Positions 1-9,966 of a stretch of DNA of 64,000 bases are shown here, one piece after another. Each line of letters starts with the position of its first letter. Within the stretch, counting starts at the first letter, position 1. Below the pieces are notes generated by a model. That model saw nothing but the letters and a program-made list of their open reading frames with translations. It did no database searches and was not told the origin of the DNA. Position numbers and translations under genes: made by a program. This DNA comes from a virus (Duplodnaviria; Heunggongvirae; Uroviricota; Caudoviricetes): the IMG/VR virus record IMGVR_UViG_2579778873_000001, positions 9,557 through 73,556 of that record; one strand, given 5' to 3'.

Positions 1-26
1 CACCATTTGAAGGATCACACAGGGTT

Positions 27-782
27 ATGAACAGAGCGGAATTAACAGCAAAAGCCGTCAGCCTGATTGAGTCAGCGACACCTATTAGTCGTAGTCTGGC
101 ACAAGCCAATGAGATCACGGAGGCTGCTTATCACCTGACTCGCGACCAAAAGCGACTGTTGTTTATTGTGGTGGGAAGACTTCGCTATGCTTCTAAGGAT
201 GGCGTTCTTGGTTCAGGTGCCTGTGAGTTGACGGTCAACGAATATGCAGAGATGTATAATTTGCCCTCTGCTGAAGCCAGCAAGGATATTCGTAAGGCCA
301 TTTCAGGTCTTAGCGAGAAGAAAGTTACGATATATAACCCTGATGAATCGACCGAATCAGAAGACAGTTATGAGTCTTATCCCTGGATGATTAAGGATGC
401 CTATTCACCACGGCGCGGGACTTACATTATTCATCTTAATCCATATCTCATGCCGTTTTTTACTCTGCTTGATAAGAGATTCACAAGGCTGAATTTTACC
501 GAAGTATCTCGCCTTACAAATCCTTATTCTATGCGGCTTTATGAGTCCTTATGCCAGTACAGGAAGGATGATGGAAGCGGCTTTGCCATACTTGGCGTCG
601 AATGGATGCGGGAGCGTTATGGGTTACCAAAAAGTTATCAGCGGTATGCCGAATTTAAGAGAAGTTTTTTAACGAAGGCTGTAGCAGAGATTGAAAAAAA
701 TACAAAAATGAAAATAGTCTTCTCAGAGGTGACGGAAGGCGGCAAAGTTACCAGGATAAAATTTACCTATCAGCAGTCTTAA
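27..782 (+). CDS. Plasmid replication initiator, Rep_3 (RepE/RepFIB-like) family
   Basis: 251-aa ORF sharing conserved blocks with F-plasmid RepE (ITEAAY..TRDQKR; NPYSMRLYESLCQYRKDDGSG); iteron array immediately downstream. Confidence 0.85.
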   Translation: MNRAELTAKAVSLIESATPISRSLAQANEITEAAYHLTRDQKRLLFIVVGRLRYASKDGVLGSGACELTVNEYAEMYNLPSAEASKDIRKAISGLSEKKVTIYNPDESTESEDSYESYPWMIKDAYSPRRGTYIIHLNPYLMPFFTLLDKRFTRLNFTEVSRLTNPYSMRLYESLCQYRKDDGSGFAILGVEWMRERYGLPKSYQRYAEFKRSFLTKAVAEIEKNTKMKIVFSEVTEGGKVTRIKFTYQQS

Positions 783-1080
783 GGGCAATTTTTACACCCC
801 TCTCAAGGTGTAGAATTTGCCCTTAACGATCGGCAATTGAGGGCAATTTTTACATCTTAATTGCATGTATCTCGTTATTAGCAAGTTGTGTTTTTATATA
901 ACATATTGATATGTAAGGATTATGTAAAAATCGCCCTCAACCAATATCGTGCGTATCGTGCATTCTTATTGCGCTTTTTTATTATCATTCACTGTGTTAA
1001 CTGATTGATATTATTGAAATATGTAAAGAATGCCTTCATTGCTGATGGATTGATGATGTAAAAAATGCCCTCAACATTGC
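780..1080. repeat. Iteron array (incC-like copy-control repeats) downstream of rep
   Basis: At least 6 copies of a ~16-bp GAGGGCAATTTTTACA-like repeat in both orientations (about 782, 839, and reverse-complement copies near 809, 924, 1021, 1058), separated by AT-rich DNA. Confidence 0.6.
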
Positions 1081-1163
1081 GCTACCTTCCCTACCCGCTA
1101 TCGTTGAGGTCGTGGGTGCTGACGGGAAATGAGCAACCCTCCAGCACACATAATTAAAGCTAT

Positions 1164-1871
1164 TCAGAATTTGATCACTCCACTCACAGCCCCCTTTAAC
1201 GCACTTGTAGCCATGCCAGCGGCACCGTTGACCAAAGCAGAAACACCTGAGCCTGCGGATGTGTATTTCTGGAAAGTGATTGGGTATGACAAGAACTCTG
1301 ACACCTGATCACGTGAGCGAGTGATTTCCCCAAGTTGAGTAGGAAATACGCGCATTTCTTCTTCCAGTTCTTTTCCGCCGTCCTGAGTTACCCGGTAGAC
1401 ACGGATTTTCATCAGATATTCCGGAGGAAGGTTTATTGTTCCATCAGGATTTGTTACACGAGAACGACGCTCTTTGAACCAGTCCATGATCTTGCCATCT
1501 TCGGTATCCCTCACGGTCATAGTGACCGGTCCGGCGCTAACATAGGTTGGCTTGCTGAATTCTACGCTGCCGATCACCTTGCTTTCTGTCTCGATGTTCC
1601 CACTGCTGTAGGTGATATCCTTCACGAACATATCGAAGCCGTTCAGACCATCCACTTCAACGGTCCACTGCCACCCCTGGGCGTAACGGATACGCATAGC
1701 GGCAGCAACAATATTTTTCCCGTAGGCAATATCGCTACTGTAATTCCCGCTTACCCCGCCGCCTGATATGGCTTTATCAAGAATGTCGCTAATGAGGTTG
1801 CTGGTGAATGATTTCGTGTTAAATGACAATGCGGTGGTCAACGTTCTACCAACGCTGCTGAAAATACTCAC
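1164..1871 (-). CDS. Phage virion morphogenesis protein (tail-associated candidate), role unassigned
   Basis: 235-aa ORF, last gene of a tightly packed minus-strand operon of structural genes; no motif recognised. Confidence 0.45.
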   Translation of the reverse strand: MSIFSSVGRTLTTALSFNTKSFTSNLISDILDKAISGGGVSGNYSSDIAYGKNIVAAAMRIRYAQGWQWTVEVDGLNGFDMFVKDITYSSGNIETESKVIGSVEFSKPTYVSAGPVTMTVRDTEDGKIMDWFKERRSRVTNPDGTINLPPEYLMKIRVYRVTQDGGKELEEEMRVFPTQLGEITRSRDQVSEFLSYPITFQKYTSAGSGVSALVNGAAGMATSALKGAVSGVIKF

Positions 1872-1886
1872 TCTGCGCCTCCAGCG

Positions 1887-2438
1887 TTAAAAAATGGTAG
1901 CCCCCGGAATAATGGCCCGGTTTGAGGACATTTTTTCCTCAATCTCCTGCACGCGGGCATATAGCGTGGCTTCATCGGGCAGATCGGAGTAGTCAAATTT
2001 CCCGTCGATGGACGCTCTACGCTGCCGGGCGACATTTCTTACATTGATAAGCGCCTCCAGATATTCCTCCAGCATTCCAATGATTGCAGGAGGCACTTGC
2101 CATTCATCCAGCTTTCTGTCGCGTAGATTAACCAGATACAGCATTCGAAAAGGCCAGCGTTCTGAACCTGTTAGCTCTAATTCAATAAATCCGGATAATT
2201 CATCCGAATAGACCAACAAGCCATTGTTGTCGGTAACATGAACCAGAGAGAGATAATCTTCTGGCAACGGGATTGCAGTACCACCAGCTTTTTCAAGTTT
2301 TAACGTTTTCACTACCCCTGCCCTGTCCTGATACGTGGTCAGAGCTTTGATCAGGAAGGCTTTCAGCGTTTCTTCTTCACGCACAAGCAGTGGATTAAAT
2401 CGTGCTTTAACGCTTTCTAATAATTCGGTTGGTGTCAT
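1887..2438 (-). CDS. Phage morphogenesis protein, unassigned
   Basis: 183-aa ORF in the same minus-strand structural operon. Confidence 0.45.
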   Translation of the reverse strand: MTPTELLESVKARFNPLLVREEETLKAFLIKALTTYQDRAGVVKTLKLEKAGGTAIPLPEDYLSLVHVTDNNGLLVYSDELSGFIELELTGSERWPFRMLYLVNLRDRKLDEWQVPPAIIGMLEEYLEALINVRNVARQRRASIDGKFDYSDLPDEATLYARVQEIEEKMSSNRAIIPGATIF

Positions 2439-2490
2439 CGTACCTACAACTCAAATACAAGGAATTCCCGCCACAAGGGCGGGAAAAAGA

Positions 2491-2982
2491 TCACTCTACC
2501 CAGTTGTAAACAATACGCAGGGAAGGCTTAACGACCGCTGTTACGTCTTCGGATGAGAAGTCCACGGCGTCGGAATACACTTTGCAATGAGAATATGTGC
2601 GGATCAGACCTTTATGGTTACCGCTATTCGATTCCGCCGCCGCCTGTAAGGTAATTTCCAGATATTCTTTTCCGTATACCATCTGTTTTACAGCGGCGAG
2701 AACTGCGCCTTCGATAGTTTCCGCGCATGTGACCTGAAATTCACCAGAGTTGCGTAATGGTCCGTGCTGGTTGAATTTCATGCCGCCAGGGGCGTAATCC
2801 TCCACATCTTCGCGTGTCATTTCTGGTAACTGAGTGGAACGAACAAGTACAGACAGATGTTCGTAACCCTTAATGGTCATCCAATATTCAGAACCAATAA
2901 GTTTTTCGCCTGCAGCCAGGTTTTTATTAAACCGGGATTTTAGAAAGGCCATATCGGCTTTTGTATTTGCAAAACCGGACAT
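2491..2982 (-). CDS. Phage morphogenesis protein, unassigned
   Basis: 163-aa ORF in the structural operon. Confidence 0.45.
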   Translation of the reverse strand: MSGFANTKADMAFLKSRFNKNLAAGEKLIGSEYWMTIKGYEHLSVLVRSTQLPEMTREDVEDYAPGGMKFNQHGPLRNSGEFQVTCAETIEGAVLAAVKQMVYGKEYLEITLQAAAESNSGNHKGLIRTYSHCKVYSDAVDFSSEDVTAVVKPSLRIVYNWVE

Positions 2983-2990
2983 AAATACTC

Positions 2991-3581
2991 CTACACAAAA
3001 ACAGATGAGATATTGCTACGGTTGATCGATGTATTACCGCTGCATTGCAGGGTTACCGTGTTATGAGTGAAATAGCCTTCTGGTGTGCGCGGGGCGTCCA
3101 GTTGGTAACTCACGCTTTTGATAACAACGTCGGTAAGGGCTATGTTCCTACCTATGTTTAACGTTACTGTCTCCGGGCGACGACCGAATGGCGCTACATT
3201 GTTCAGTTCCGGCGATTCCATCTTCAGCAATGCTGTAATGGCTGCGTTCACTTCAAGTTGCGCGTTCGTTGTCGCCATGAAATCAATTACCAGATTAAAT
3301 TCAGGCGGTTGCTGACCTTCCCAAACAAGCATTGAGTTGAAGAGGGTTTTTGTTGTTACGCCGGTTGCGGTCTGAAGCGTATCTGCAAGAGAGCCAGCCG
3401 CAGCGCTAATACCACCAAGCAAACCTCCTACTGACTGGTTTTCAAATGGTGATTGCCACATTGATGATAGCTCTGCGGTAGATCCTTCACCGATATAACC
3501 GACGACCATATCCTCTGAAGAGAGGATATAAACCTTCATTAACGGACTTATTCCGTCAGGCATTATCGCGCCGCAAATCAA
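2991..3581 (-). CDS. Phage morphogenesis protein, unassigned
   Basis: 196-aa ORF in the structural operon. Confidence 0.45.
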   Translation of the reverse strand: MICGAIMPDGISPLMKVYILSSEDMVVGYIGEGSTAELSSMWQSPFENQSVGGLLGGISAAAGSLADTLQTATGVTTKTLFNSMLVWEGQQPPEFNLVIDFMATTNAQLEVNAAITALLKMESPELNNVAPFGRRPETVTLNIGRNIALTDVVIKSVSYQLDAPRTPEGYFTHNTVTLQCSGNTSINRSNISSVFV

Positions 3582-3630
3582 ACGCTATTTCTCCCAGGTA
3601 GAGGCCACCTTTGCAGGCGGCCTATGTCAC

Positions 3631-4371
3631 TTACAAACCGCGTTTTTTGCGAATGCGCATTGATTTTTTGCGGTTGATATTCGCTACGGATGTATGCGCT
3701 TTGCGGCGTGCTTTTTTCAGCGCCTGTTTTTGCAATGACGTCATGCGGCGAGGACGCGGGCGTTTACGGATGATGGTAACCTTGCCATCACGAACCACTT
3801 TTTTACGTACCGCTTCCAGCATTGCGCTATCACCACCAGCAACGGTGTAAATGGCAATAGCTGTTTCCATCATGTCGGTGTCGCTTTCGGAAAGAGCGTC
3901 AAAAACACGTTCGGCAGCTGAGTCATCTTCATCGTCGATCATTTCGGTTACATCGTCCTGATCAGCGCCAAGCGCAACAGCTGCATCAGCAAGAGCTGCG
4001 AGAGCATCGTTATAAGCATCGATTTGTTCATCGGTGAAATCGGTGCCTTCATCGATATCAGCCAGGCCAGCCATAGTGATTGCTAATGCATCAAATGAGT
4101 CAGCCTCCGGATCACCATCTTCAACCCAACCAGCAAGCATGGACGCTGCCAGGCTGCGCATATCACCTTGTGCACGGGATTCAACCGCTTCCATCATCGC
4201 GGTTTCAATGTCGTCTTTGGGCTTTGGTTGAGTGTCCTTTCCTTTCTGTCCTGCGCTTTCCAGCATGGCGTTATCATTATTGTCCTGAGTGGATTTATCA
4301 CCGCTTTCAAAGCAGCCAGAACCGAAAATCGCACGCATAAAAGGATCAGCAGTATAATTTTTCATATTCAA
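3631..4371 (-). CDS. Acidic protein with strongly basic C-terminal tail; scaffold or internal virion protein candidate
   Basis: 246 aa; D/E-rich body followed by an Arg/Lys-rich tail (RKRPRPRR...RIRKKRGL); composition typical of scaffolding or DNA-associated internal proteins. Confidence 0.45.
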   Translation of the reverse strand: MNMKNYTADPFMRAIFGSGCFESGDKSTQDNNDNAMLESAGQKGKDTQPKPKDDIETAMMEAVESRAQGDMRSLAASMLAGWVEDGDPEADSFDALAITMAGLADIDEGTDFTDEQIDAYNDALAALADAAVALGADQDDVTEMIDDEDDSAAERVFDALSESDTDMMETAIAIYTVAGGDSAMLEAVRKKVVRDGKVTIIRKRPRPRRMTSLQKQALKKARRKAHTSVANINRKKSMRIRKKRGL

Positions 4372-4408
4372 ACCTCTCTCCCCCGCATCATTTAGCGGGG
4401 GTTATAAA

Positions 4409-6067
4409 TCAGCGCATCAGAATTGGCTTACCGACGATTCGGCGAGCTGTACCGGTCGGACAAACAGACCAGGCCACTTCCCACAGATCGATGTCCTTTT
4501 GGGCAACCTGAACAACATATGGATCTTCACCCTGGGACTTGTCACGTGGAGTAACCAGCGCACCGGCTGCAACGTAACGGTCAAGCAATTCAGTCATTGC
4601 TTTCATTAGCGCTTCTTTGGTAATGCCATCCGGTTCGTGCTTAATCGCCTGAGCTACTTCATAGAAATCTCTGGCGATGGCGTTCATCAAGGAAGACACA
4701 TGCTGGAATCGCAGATAGTTGTTTTTGCTGTAAGTTGTTAAAGAGTCGTCAATGTAAACGGACCCGTCAGCAGCAACTGAAACTGGATTAATGCGCGCAA
4801 GAACGAACGCTTCACGATCAACTGCACCGATATTTGGAATTCGGGCAATGTTCTGTCGATCAATAATCGCGCGTGATATACCTGCCGGTGCGTAATGCCA
4901 ACCACCAACATCCGGTACCAGCGCCACTCCTTTTGCCTTCGCTACGAATGCGTCGCAGCTAATGCCATAGACGACATTCATTCCAGTGAAAGTATCTCGG
5001 CAGGAGAGCGGGAAGTAGTAACGGCTTGGTTGATGTGAGCCGCCAAAATTATGGCTTTTCGCTTCTGAAATAGCGTTTTCAGGTGTCTGGTTGCCCTTCA
5101 GGTCATAGAACATGTCTACGCGAACATCTTCAGCCAGCTTTTTGATTGCGGCTAAGGCGGATGCGTCATAACAACCCAATGACAGCAATGCGGTGTAATT
5201 AACCTCTGAAGCTTCGAGAACCTTTAATGCTTCCAGATAGTCTGCAGCGCCAATTTCGGACAGATTTCCATCAGTACCACCTTCAAAAGCTACATCCTCA
5301 AAAATGAGTTGAGCAGCGGATGCTTCTGCATTATCTGCCAGTACGGCACCAATGCGAGTGGACTGGCTTTCAAGCAGTGTCGGAATCCATGCTGGTTGGC
5401 CCATGTCGTTAGTGCCTTCTGGATTGAAAGACACCTGGTGGCTTTCCAGCACCTCAATGGACCCATCGGTTTGTTTTTCTTTCAGCGTCAGCGTAAAGAG
5501 TTCGCTTTCTTCATCATCGCGAGTTAGTGATAACGTGCGATTTTGAGATGCATCACCATCTTTGATGAAGAATAATGCCTTCTCTTCACCTTTAATCTGG
5601 GGCGTCTCTTTGGGTGTGAAGGTCACTGATTGAGTCGTTGCAGTTGAAGCAACACCAACGCTTAATGTGACACCTGGATTTACTGTGGTTTCAGTTGGTT
5701 CAACGGAAAGTTCTTTACTCGCCTTTGCCGCTTTTACTTTGCCCACAACGGAAACAGAAATACCCGGCACCTTCATGTCTTTAGCGCAAACTCGAACGAC
5801 ATATCCAGAGCCGCCTTTTACTGCACGCTCCACGTGGCGATATGGTTCAAAAGCCGCGCCCAGGCGAGGGTGAATCGGTGAACCTAATACGCTTTGATAA
5901 GTCGTATCGTCAACTTTCAGTACCTTACCCGGTGCGCCACGACGCGATATTACAAGCCCAGCAAAGACGGATGCGCCACCGCTGGTATTGGTGAGGTTAG
6001 CGTCAGCATTTACTGACATTACAGCAACGCCAGCTGCCTGCCCTACCGAAAAACTAATCTTATTCAT
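4409..6067 (-). CDS. Major virion structural protein (tail sheath candidate)
   Basis: 552-aa ORF in the late operon; size and position next to the head gene as in P1 genes 22/23; assignment by size and synteny only. Confidence 0.45.
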   Translation of the reverse strand: MNKISFSVGQAAGVAVMSVNADANLTNTSGGASVFAGLVISRRGAPGKVLKVDDTTYQSVLGSPIHPRLGAAFEPYRHVERAVKGGSGYVVRVCAKDMKVPGISVSVVGKVKAAKASKELSVEPTETTVNPGVTLSVGVASTATTQSVTFTPKETPQIKGEEKALFFIKDGDASQNRTLSLTRDDEESELFTLTLKEKQTDGSIEVLESHQVSFNPEGTNDMGQPAWIPTLLESQSTRIGAVLADNAEASAAQLIFEDVAFEGGTDGNLSEIGAADYLEALKVLEASEVNYTALLSLGCYDASALAAIKKLAEDVRVDMFYDLKGNQTPENAISEAKSHNFGGSHQPSRYYFPLSCRDTFTGMNVVYGISCDAFVAKAKGVALVPDVGGWHYAPAGISRAIIDRQNIARIPNIGAVDREAFVLARINPVSVAADGSVYIDDSLTTYSKNNYLRFQHVSSLMNAIARDFYEVAQAIKHEPDGITKEALMKAMTELLDRYVAAGALVTPRDKSQGEDPYVVQVAQKDIDLWEVAWSVCPTGTARRIVGKPILMR

Positions 6068-6134
6068 GCTGGTTCTTATCCTCTAAAGCGAGAGAACGAG
6101 GCAAGGCTACCCACGGTTAATGGGCAGCCTCTGA

Positions 6135-6413
6135 TCAGGATTCGCTTACCGTGAAGTTATCGCCTACGGTTACTTCTTTCGTAGTTGGTTCAACACTGAC
6201 GGCGCTTACGCTTTTATGTGCCTCCCTAACAGTGACTGTGCACTGTGCGGTTTTATTGCCGTCATTTGTTTTGATTGTCAGCACTGCCTGCCCGGCCTTA
6301 AGAGCGGTACATGTAGTGCCATCAACCTGGACAATATCAGGGTGATCTGACTCAACAGTGAAAGATTTGTCTGTTGCGTCAGATGGCGTGATAGTTACTT
6401 GAATGTTTGCCAT
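6135..6413 (-). CDS. Ig-like (Big_2-type) domain protein, virion decoration candidate
   Basis: 92 aa, T/V-rich beta-sandwich-like sequence typical of phage Ig-like domains. Confidence 0.5.
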   Translation of the reverse strand: MANIQVTITPSDATDKSFTVESDHPDIVQVDGTTCTALKAGQAVLTIKTNDGNKTAQCTVTVREAHKSVSAVSVEPTTKEVTVGDNFTVSES

Positions 6414-6560
6414 TTTTTTCTCCTGAACGCCCCTTAATCAGGGGCGTGTTTTTGCCTTACTTCTGCTTTGTTTTTTTCTGTGCCTTTGAAGTGTTCGCGG
6501 CGATAGTTTCACCTTCATCTACGTCAAGTGATGTTGGTGATACCGACACGTTCGCCACCA

Positions 6561-8258
6561 TCACTTTTTTTCGTTAACCTTGCCTGTCAGCATGTCGATA
6601 GCACCTTCTTTGGCACGAGTCAGACGCAGGCGGGTGAAGTAGTTTTCACCGTTGCGAGGATGTACTTCGTTGATGGCACTGCCCCAGAGAGTGGTACGGT
6701 TAACGAGAGACGGATTGGTTTCGTGAACGTAAGGGATTGCTGGGACTGCATCACCAGCAATCAGCCCGGCTTTACCGATGCCTTCGCCACGCCCATAGAA
6801 GAAGATGTCATCCAGCCCGAAGTCATATCCCTGTGCCTTGAATTGCTCACAGACAGGTTGCGGCACTTCGTAAATACGAATCGTGCCAAACAGGGTGCCG
6901 ATGTACTGTACATACGGCGACTGAACGTAACCTGGTGCGATCTGGAAGTGCTGTGGAGGCAAAGAGCGCAGGAAGTTCGCGGCGTCACTACCAGCAAAGC
7001 CGCCACGAATACCCGTTGTCAGGGTACGATTTGCCATTTCTTGAGACAGAGCGTTTACTACGTGACGCAGGAGGCCGACCCAGGACTCATAGTTTTGAGC
7101 TTCCGGCAGAGCCACATCAAATTCACGACCATAAACGGTATGGAATACCAGGGTGCGCAGACGCATGATGTCGGTTTCATGGGAGATCCAGTTACGCATC
7201 GCGGAGAACTGAAGTGCCGCTAATTCAAGGCCGTGCTCACGGCTTAAATCGGATGCGGACATTACCGTGTGTTCGGAAGCAAGTACGTACTGGGACGGAC
7301 GAACTTCGTACTTACGCATAGCCTGGTTGATCACCGGAATCAGGCTTGGATTGCGCTCGATGTTAATTTCGACCTGAACAGCAATTTCAGTACCTTCTGG
7401 CGGAGCCTGGGTAAATGTAATGTCAATGACACCAGTGTCATAAGCAACTTTGGCAGTCGCTGAGAAAGCATTACCTTTGCTGTCTTTAGCATTGAAATAA
7501 AGGTTGCCATCGCCGTCGTCAACTTTGGACGGTTTGCGGTTGATCAGCAGTTTGTTATAACCAGCGCGAAGCGGGCAGGATTGCCCCTCAAAATTTTGGA
7601 TGTTGAACTGGAAGGTTTTGGTGCTGCCATCCCCTTTAGTGGTAAGGGTATACAGGCGCTTCATTTGAGAATAAACACCAGCTGACTGCATATTCAGTTC
7701 GTCACCTTGGTTGAAGGTGCCGAATTTTGTGCCTGCTACGTTGACCAGTTCATAAATATTTGACTCGTCACGATCACAAGGAACAAAAGTACAGGCATCA
7801 CTGGTAGCAGCGCCCAGAGAAGCAGGCAGAATTAGAGCAGCATATTGAGCAACTTTCATTACGCCGTCAGAGCTACGCATTGATTGCGCGACAGACTCAA
7901 ACATTGCCTTACCCGTGCCTTCATGGGTATCACTGGCACATTCAGTCATCAGGCGTTCAAGAGCCATGTGTGCGTTCGCCAGGATGTCACTTGCCGGGTA
8001 ATGACCATGTTGACGTTTATACTCATGCAGAGACATAGCCCACCCACCAGTGATCTGACGAGCGACCTCTGGATTTACGCCTTCAAACATAGGCACTTTC
8101 TGGATTGCTTTATCCAGGTTTTCCATCATTACTGCCTGGTCAGCAATCATGTTGCCTGCTGCATCGGTGGTCGGATCGACGGTCATAGCCATGACGCTTG
8201 CCGCCCGATTCATAATCTCGCGCTCGCGATCACGAGCTGGCTGAATGTTTTTATTCAC
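6561..8258 (-). CDS. Large virion structural protein (major head or portal candidate)
   Basis: 565-aa ORF, first gene of the minus-strand late operon; promoter region carries an operator motif. Confidence 0.5.
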   Translation of the reverse strand: MNKNIQPARDREREIMNRAASVMAMTVDPTTDAAGNMIADQAVMMENLDKAIQKVPMFEGVNPEVARQITGGWAMSLHEYKRQHGHYPASDILANAHMALERLMTECASDTHEGTGKAMFESVAQSMRSSDGVMKVAQYAALILPASLGAATSDACTFVPCDRDESNIYELVNVAGTKFGTFNQGDELNMQSAGVYSQMKRLYTLTTKGDGSTKTFQFNIQNFEGQSCPLRAGYNKLLINRKPSKVDDGDGNLYFNAKDSKGNAFSATAKVAYDTGVIDITFTQAPPEGTEIAVQVEINIERNPSLIPVINQAMRKYEVRPSQYVLASEHTVMSASDLSREHGLELAALQFSAMRNWISHETDIMRLRTLVFHTVYGREFDVALPEAQNYESWVGLLRHVVNALSQEMANRTLTTGIRGGFAGSDAANFLRSLPPQHFQIAPGYVQSPYVQYIGTLFGTIRIYEVPQPVCEQFKAQGYDFGLDDIFFYGRGEGIGKAGLIAGDAVPAIPYVHETNPSLVNRTTLWGSAINEVHPRNGENYFTRLRLTRAKEGAIDMLTGKVNEKK

Positions 8259-8390
8259 GGTTAAGCCCTAAATTCGGGCGCGGCGTGAAGGTTCTTTTGA
8301 CGGGCTAACAATACCTACTTTGTGATTTAGTCAATAGTTTTAGTAAAATAAAATCTATTAACAGTCATGTTGTTATGTGTTTTAATTTTA

Positions 8391-8406
8391 ATTTTCTAAC
8401 ACAAAA
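8391..8406. promoter_or_regulatory. C1-type operator motif (ATTTTCTAACACAAAA)
   Basis: Member of a dispersed motif family; sits between divergent operons, 11 bp upstream of the 8417 start. Confidence 0.5.
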
Positions 8407-8416
8407 CATTAGAGTT

Positions 8417-8809
8417 ATGGCGTATCGAATCTTTGTTTCATATAAAAATGGCGCTAAGAGCCACTCTCTGAACACAACAAGTCGCTTTCTTGTTGAGGCG
8501 CAGTTGGCATCAATTCTTGCCGAAAGTGAGATACTCTCGCTCGCTGAACGGATCGTTATCCAGTTTTCTGGTAGAGATATACTCAATGTCCCCACCCTCA
8601 CCCCGGCATCCGAAGTTATGGAATCAATTAAATGGCCTGTATGCGGATGTCCTGCCAGGGTTGAAGAGCCGGTAACTGCAACGCTCTACATGCCGAAAGC
8701 TGTAAGAGATTGGCTTGCTATGGTTGGCAATGGGAAAGTCAGTGCTGGACTTCGCAAGTTAATTGAAATGGCAGATATTCCTGAGTTAAAAAATGCATGG
8801 CGACAATGA
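8417..8809 (+). CDS. Hypothetical protein, operator-controlled
   Basis: ORF-track entry 8375..8809; start moved to Met at 8417 because the upstream part overlaps the operator. Confidence 0.45.
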   Translation: MAYRIFVSYKNGAKSHSLNTTSRFLVEAQLASILAESEILSLAERIVIQFSGRDILNVPTLTPASEVMESIKWPVCGCPARVEEPVTATLYMPKAVRDWLAMVGNGKVSAGLRKLIEMADIPELKNAWRQ

Positions 8810-8825
8810 GTAAACAAGGGACAAA

Positions 8826-9284
8826 ATGAGTCACGTTAACCCCTCAAAAACACAATATCGCTTAATGCTGGCGATCGCGTCAGCTATACCAACCAGCCTG
8901 AATCCCCCGACAGGCTATCCCGCTGTTGTTGATGATTGTTTTCAGTATTACGGAGAAGACATCCTGAGCCAGTCAAAAGCGCTCAAGCAGTTATGTAAGG
9001 CAGGTATTCTTCACTGTATCGGAGAACCGGACGATTTTGTTGTTATGCTGGCGGATCGTGACTCTTTTCTACTGTCCTGGAAAGCTGGTGCGCGCGAAGC
9101 ACGTTTGGGGAATGGTATTGGTTACATAGACTATAGCGATTGTCCGCTGGCATTTGCTGGTGGATATATGCATTGGCATGAGCGAAATAGGGGCCGTCAG
9201 CGTCAGTATCGTTTGAGTGACTTTAACGTCTGTCACGGTTTCGAAGAAGCTGACAGCCAGGACATCTGGCTTCAGGAGCCTTGA
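8826..9284 (+). CDS. Hypothetical protein
   Basis: 152-aa ORF 17 bp downstream of the previous gene; no recognised motif. Confidence 0.45.
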   Translation: MSHVNPSKTQYRLMLAIASAIPTSLNPPTGYPAVVDDCFQYYGEDILSQSKALKQLCKAGILHCIGEPDDFVVMLADRDSFLLSWKAGAREARLGNGIGYIDYSDCPLAFAGGYMHWHERNRGRQRQYRLSDFNVCHGFEEADSQDIWLQEP

Positions 9285-9583
9285 TCCCCCTTCCCTTCCC
9301 AAATCTCCCTGTTTTTTTGGTTATTCAGTGCGTTTCGTTGGTTGCATTCGTCGATCGTGCTGAATAACTGTTCAGCGTATGTCGGATACTTGTTTAACAG
9401 CACTGGCGTGTCTTCTGGCACTAAACAAGGGGAGTAGTCAATCAGATTTGCCTGCGGCCTGCTGGTGGCTTCTACGGTAATTTTCACTGGCACGCTGGTT
9501 GATGGCTTTTGCCCGTTCCCGCTGCATCCTGATAACGTCATCAGGCACACGTACATCGTTAATCCCAGCACGGCGTAACGCAT
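9272..9583 (-). CDS. o-spanin (Rz1-like outer-membrane lipoprotein)
   Basis: Lipobox LSGC after a hydrophobic signal (internal Met MRYAVLG...); starts inside the i-spanin gene in another frame and extends past it (overlapped architecture); periplasmic Cys residues. Confidence 0.55.
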   Translation of the reverse strand: MRYAVLGLTMYVCLMTLSGCSGNGQKPSTSVPVKITVEATSRPQANLIDYSPCLVPEDTPVLLNKYPTYAEQLFSTIDECNQRNALNNQKNREIWEGKGDQGS

Positions 9584-9896
9584 TTTCAAGACGAGTGATT
9601 TCATTCTGGCTTTCCTCCCGTTGTTTGATTAGGTTGGCATTCAGTTCTGCTGTTTTGCGTTGGTACTCCTTTTCCAGTGCTTTAATTCTTTCGTTTTCGG
9701 TCAGCATGGCTGAGCGAGCGTTCTCACTTAACTGTAATGCGGTAGAAAGCGTGTTGTTCGTGCTTTCCAGTTGTGATTTTGAGTCTTCAAGCGATCGGAC
9801 ATACCTGATGTGTTCGATAACTGCCGTCGTTGTTCGGTAAATTCCAGAAATGGCTAAAAGAGCAATTACAATCAAAATTATCTTTTTCAAAACCAT
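9438..9896 (-). CDS. i-spanin (Rz-like inner-membrane spanin)
   Basis: N-terminal transmembrane helix (KKIILIVIALLAISGIY) followed by a long coiled-coil; overlapping lipoprotein gene. Confidence 0.65.
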   Translation of the reverse strand: MVLKKIILIVIALLAISGIYRTTTAVIEHIRYVRSLEDSKSQLESTNNTLSTALQLSENARSAMLTENERIKALEKEYQRKTAELNANLIKQREESQNEITRLENALRRAGINDVRVPDDVIRMQRERAKAINQRASENYRRSHQQAAGKSD

Positions 9897-9966
9897 CCTC
9901 TTCAGGTTTACTATTGGTGTTAAACATGTACCAATTTACATCCTTTTGTGTTCCTAAGTGGTGTTG

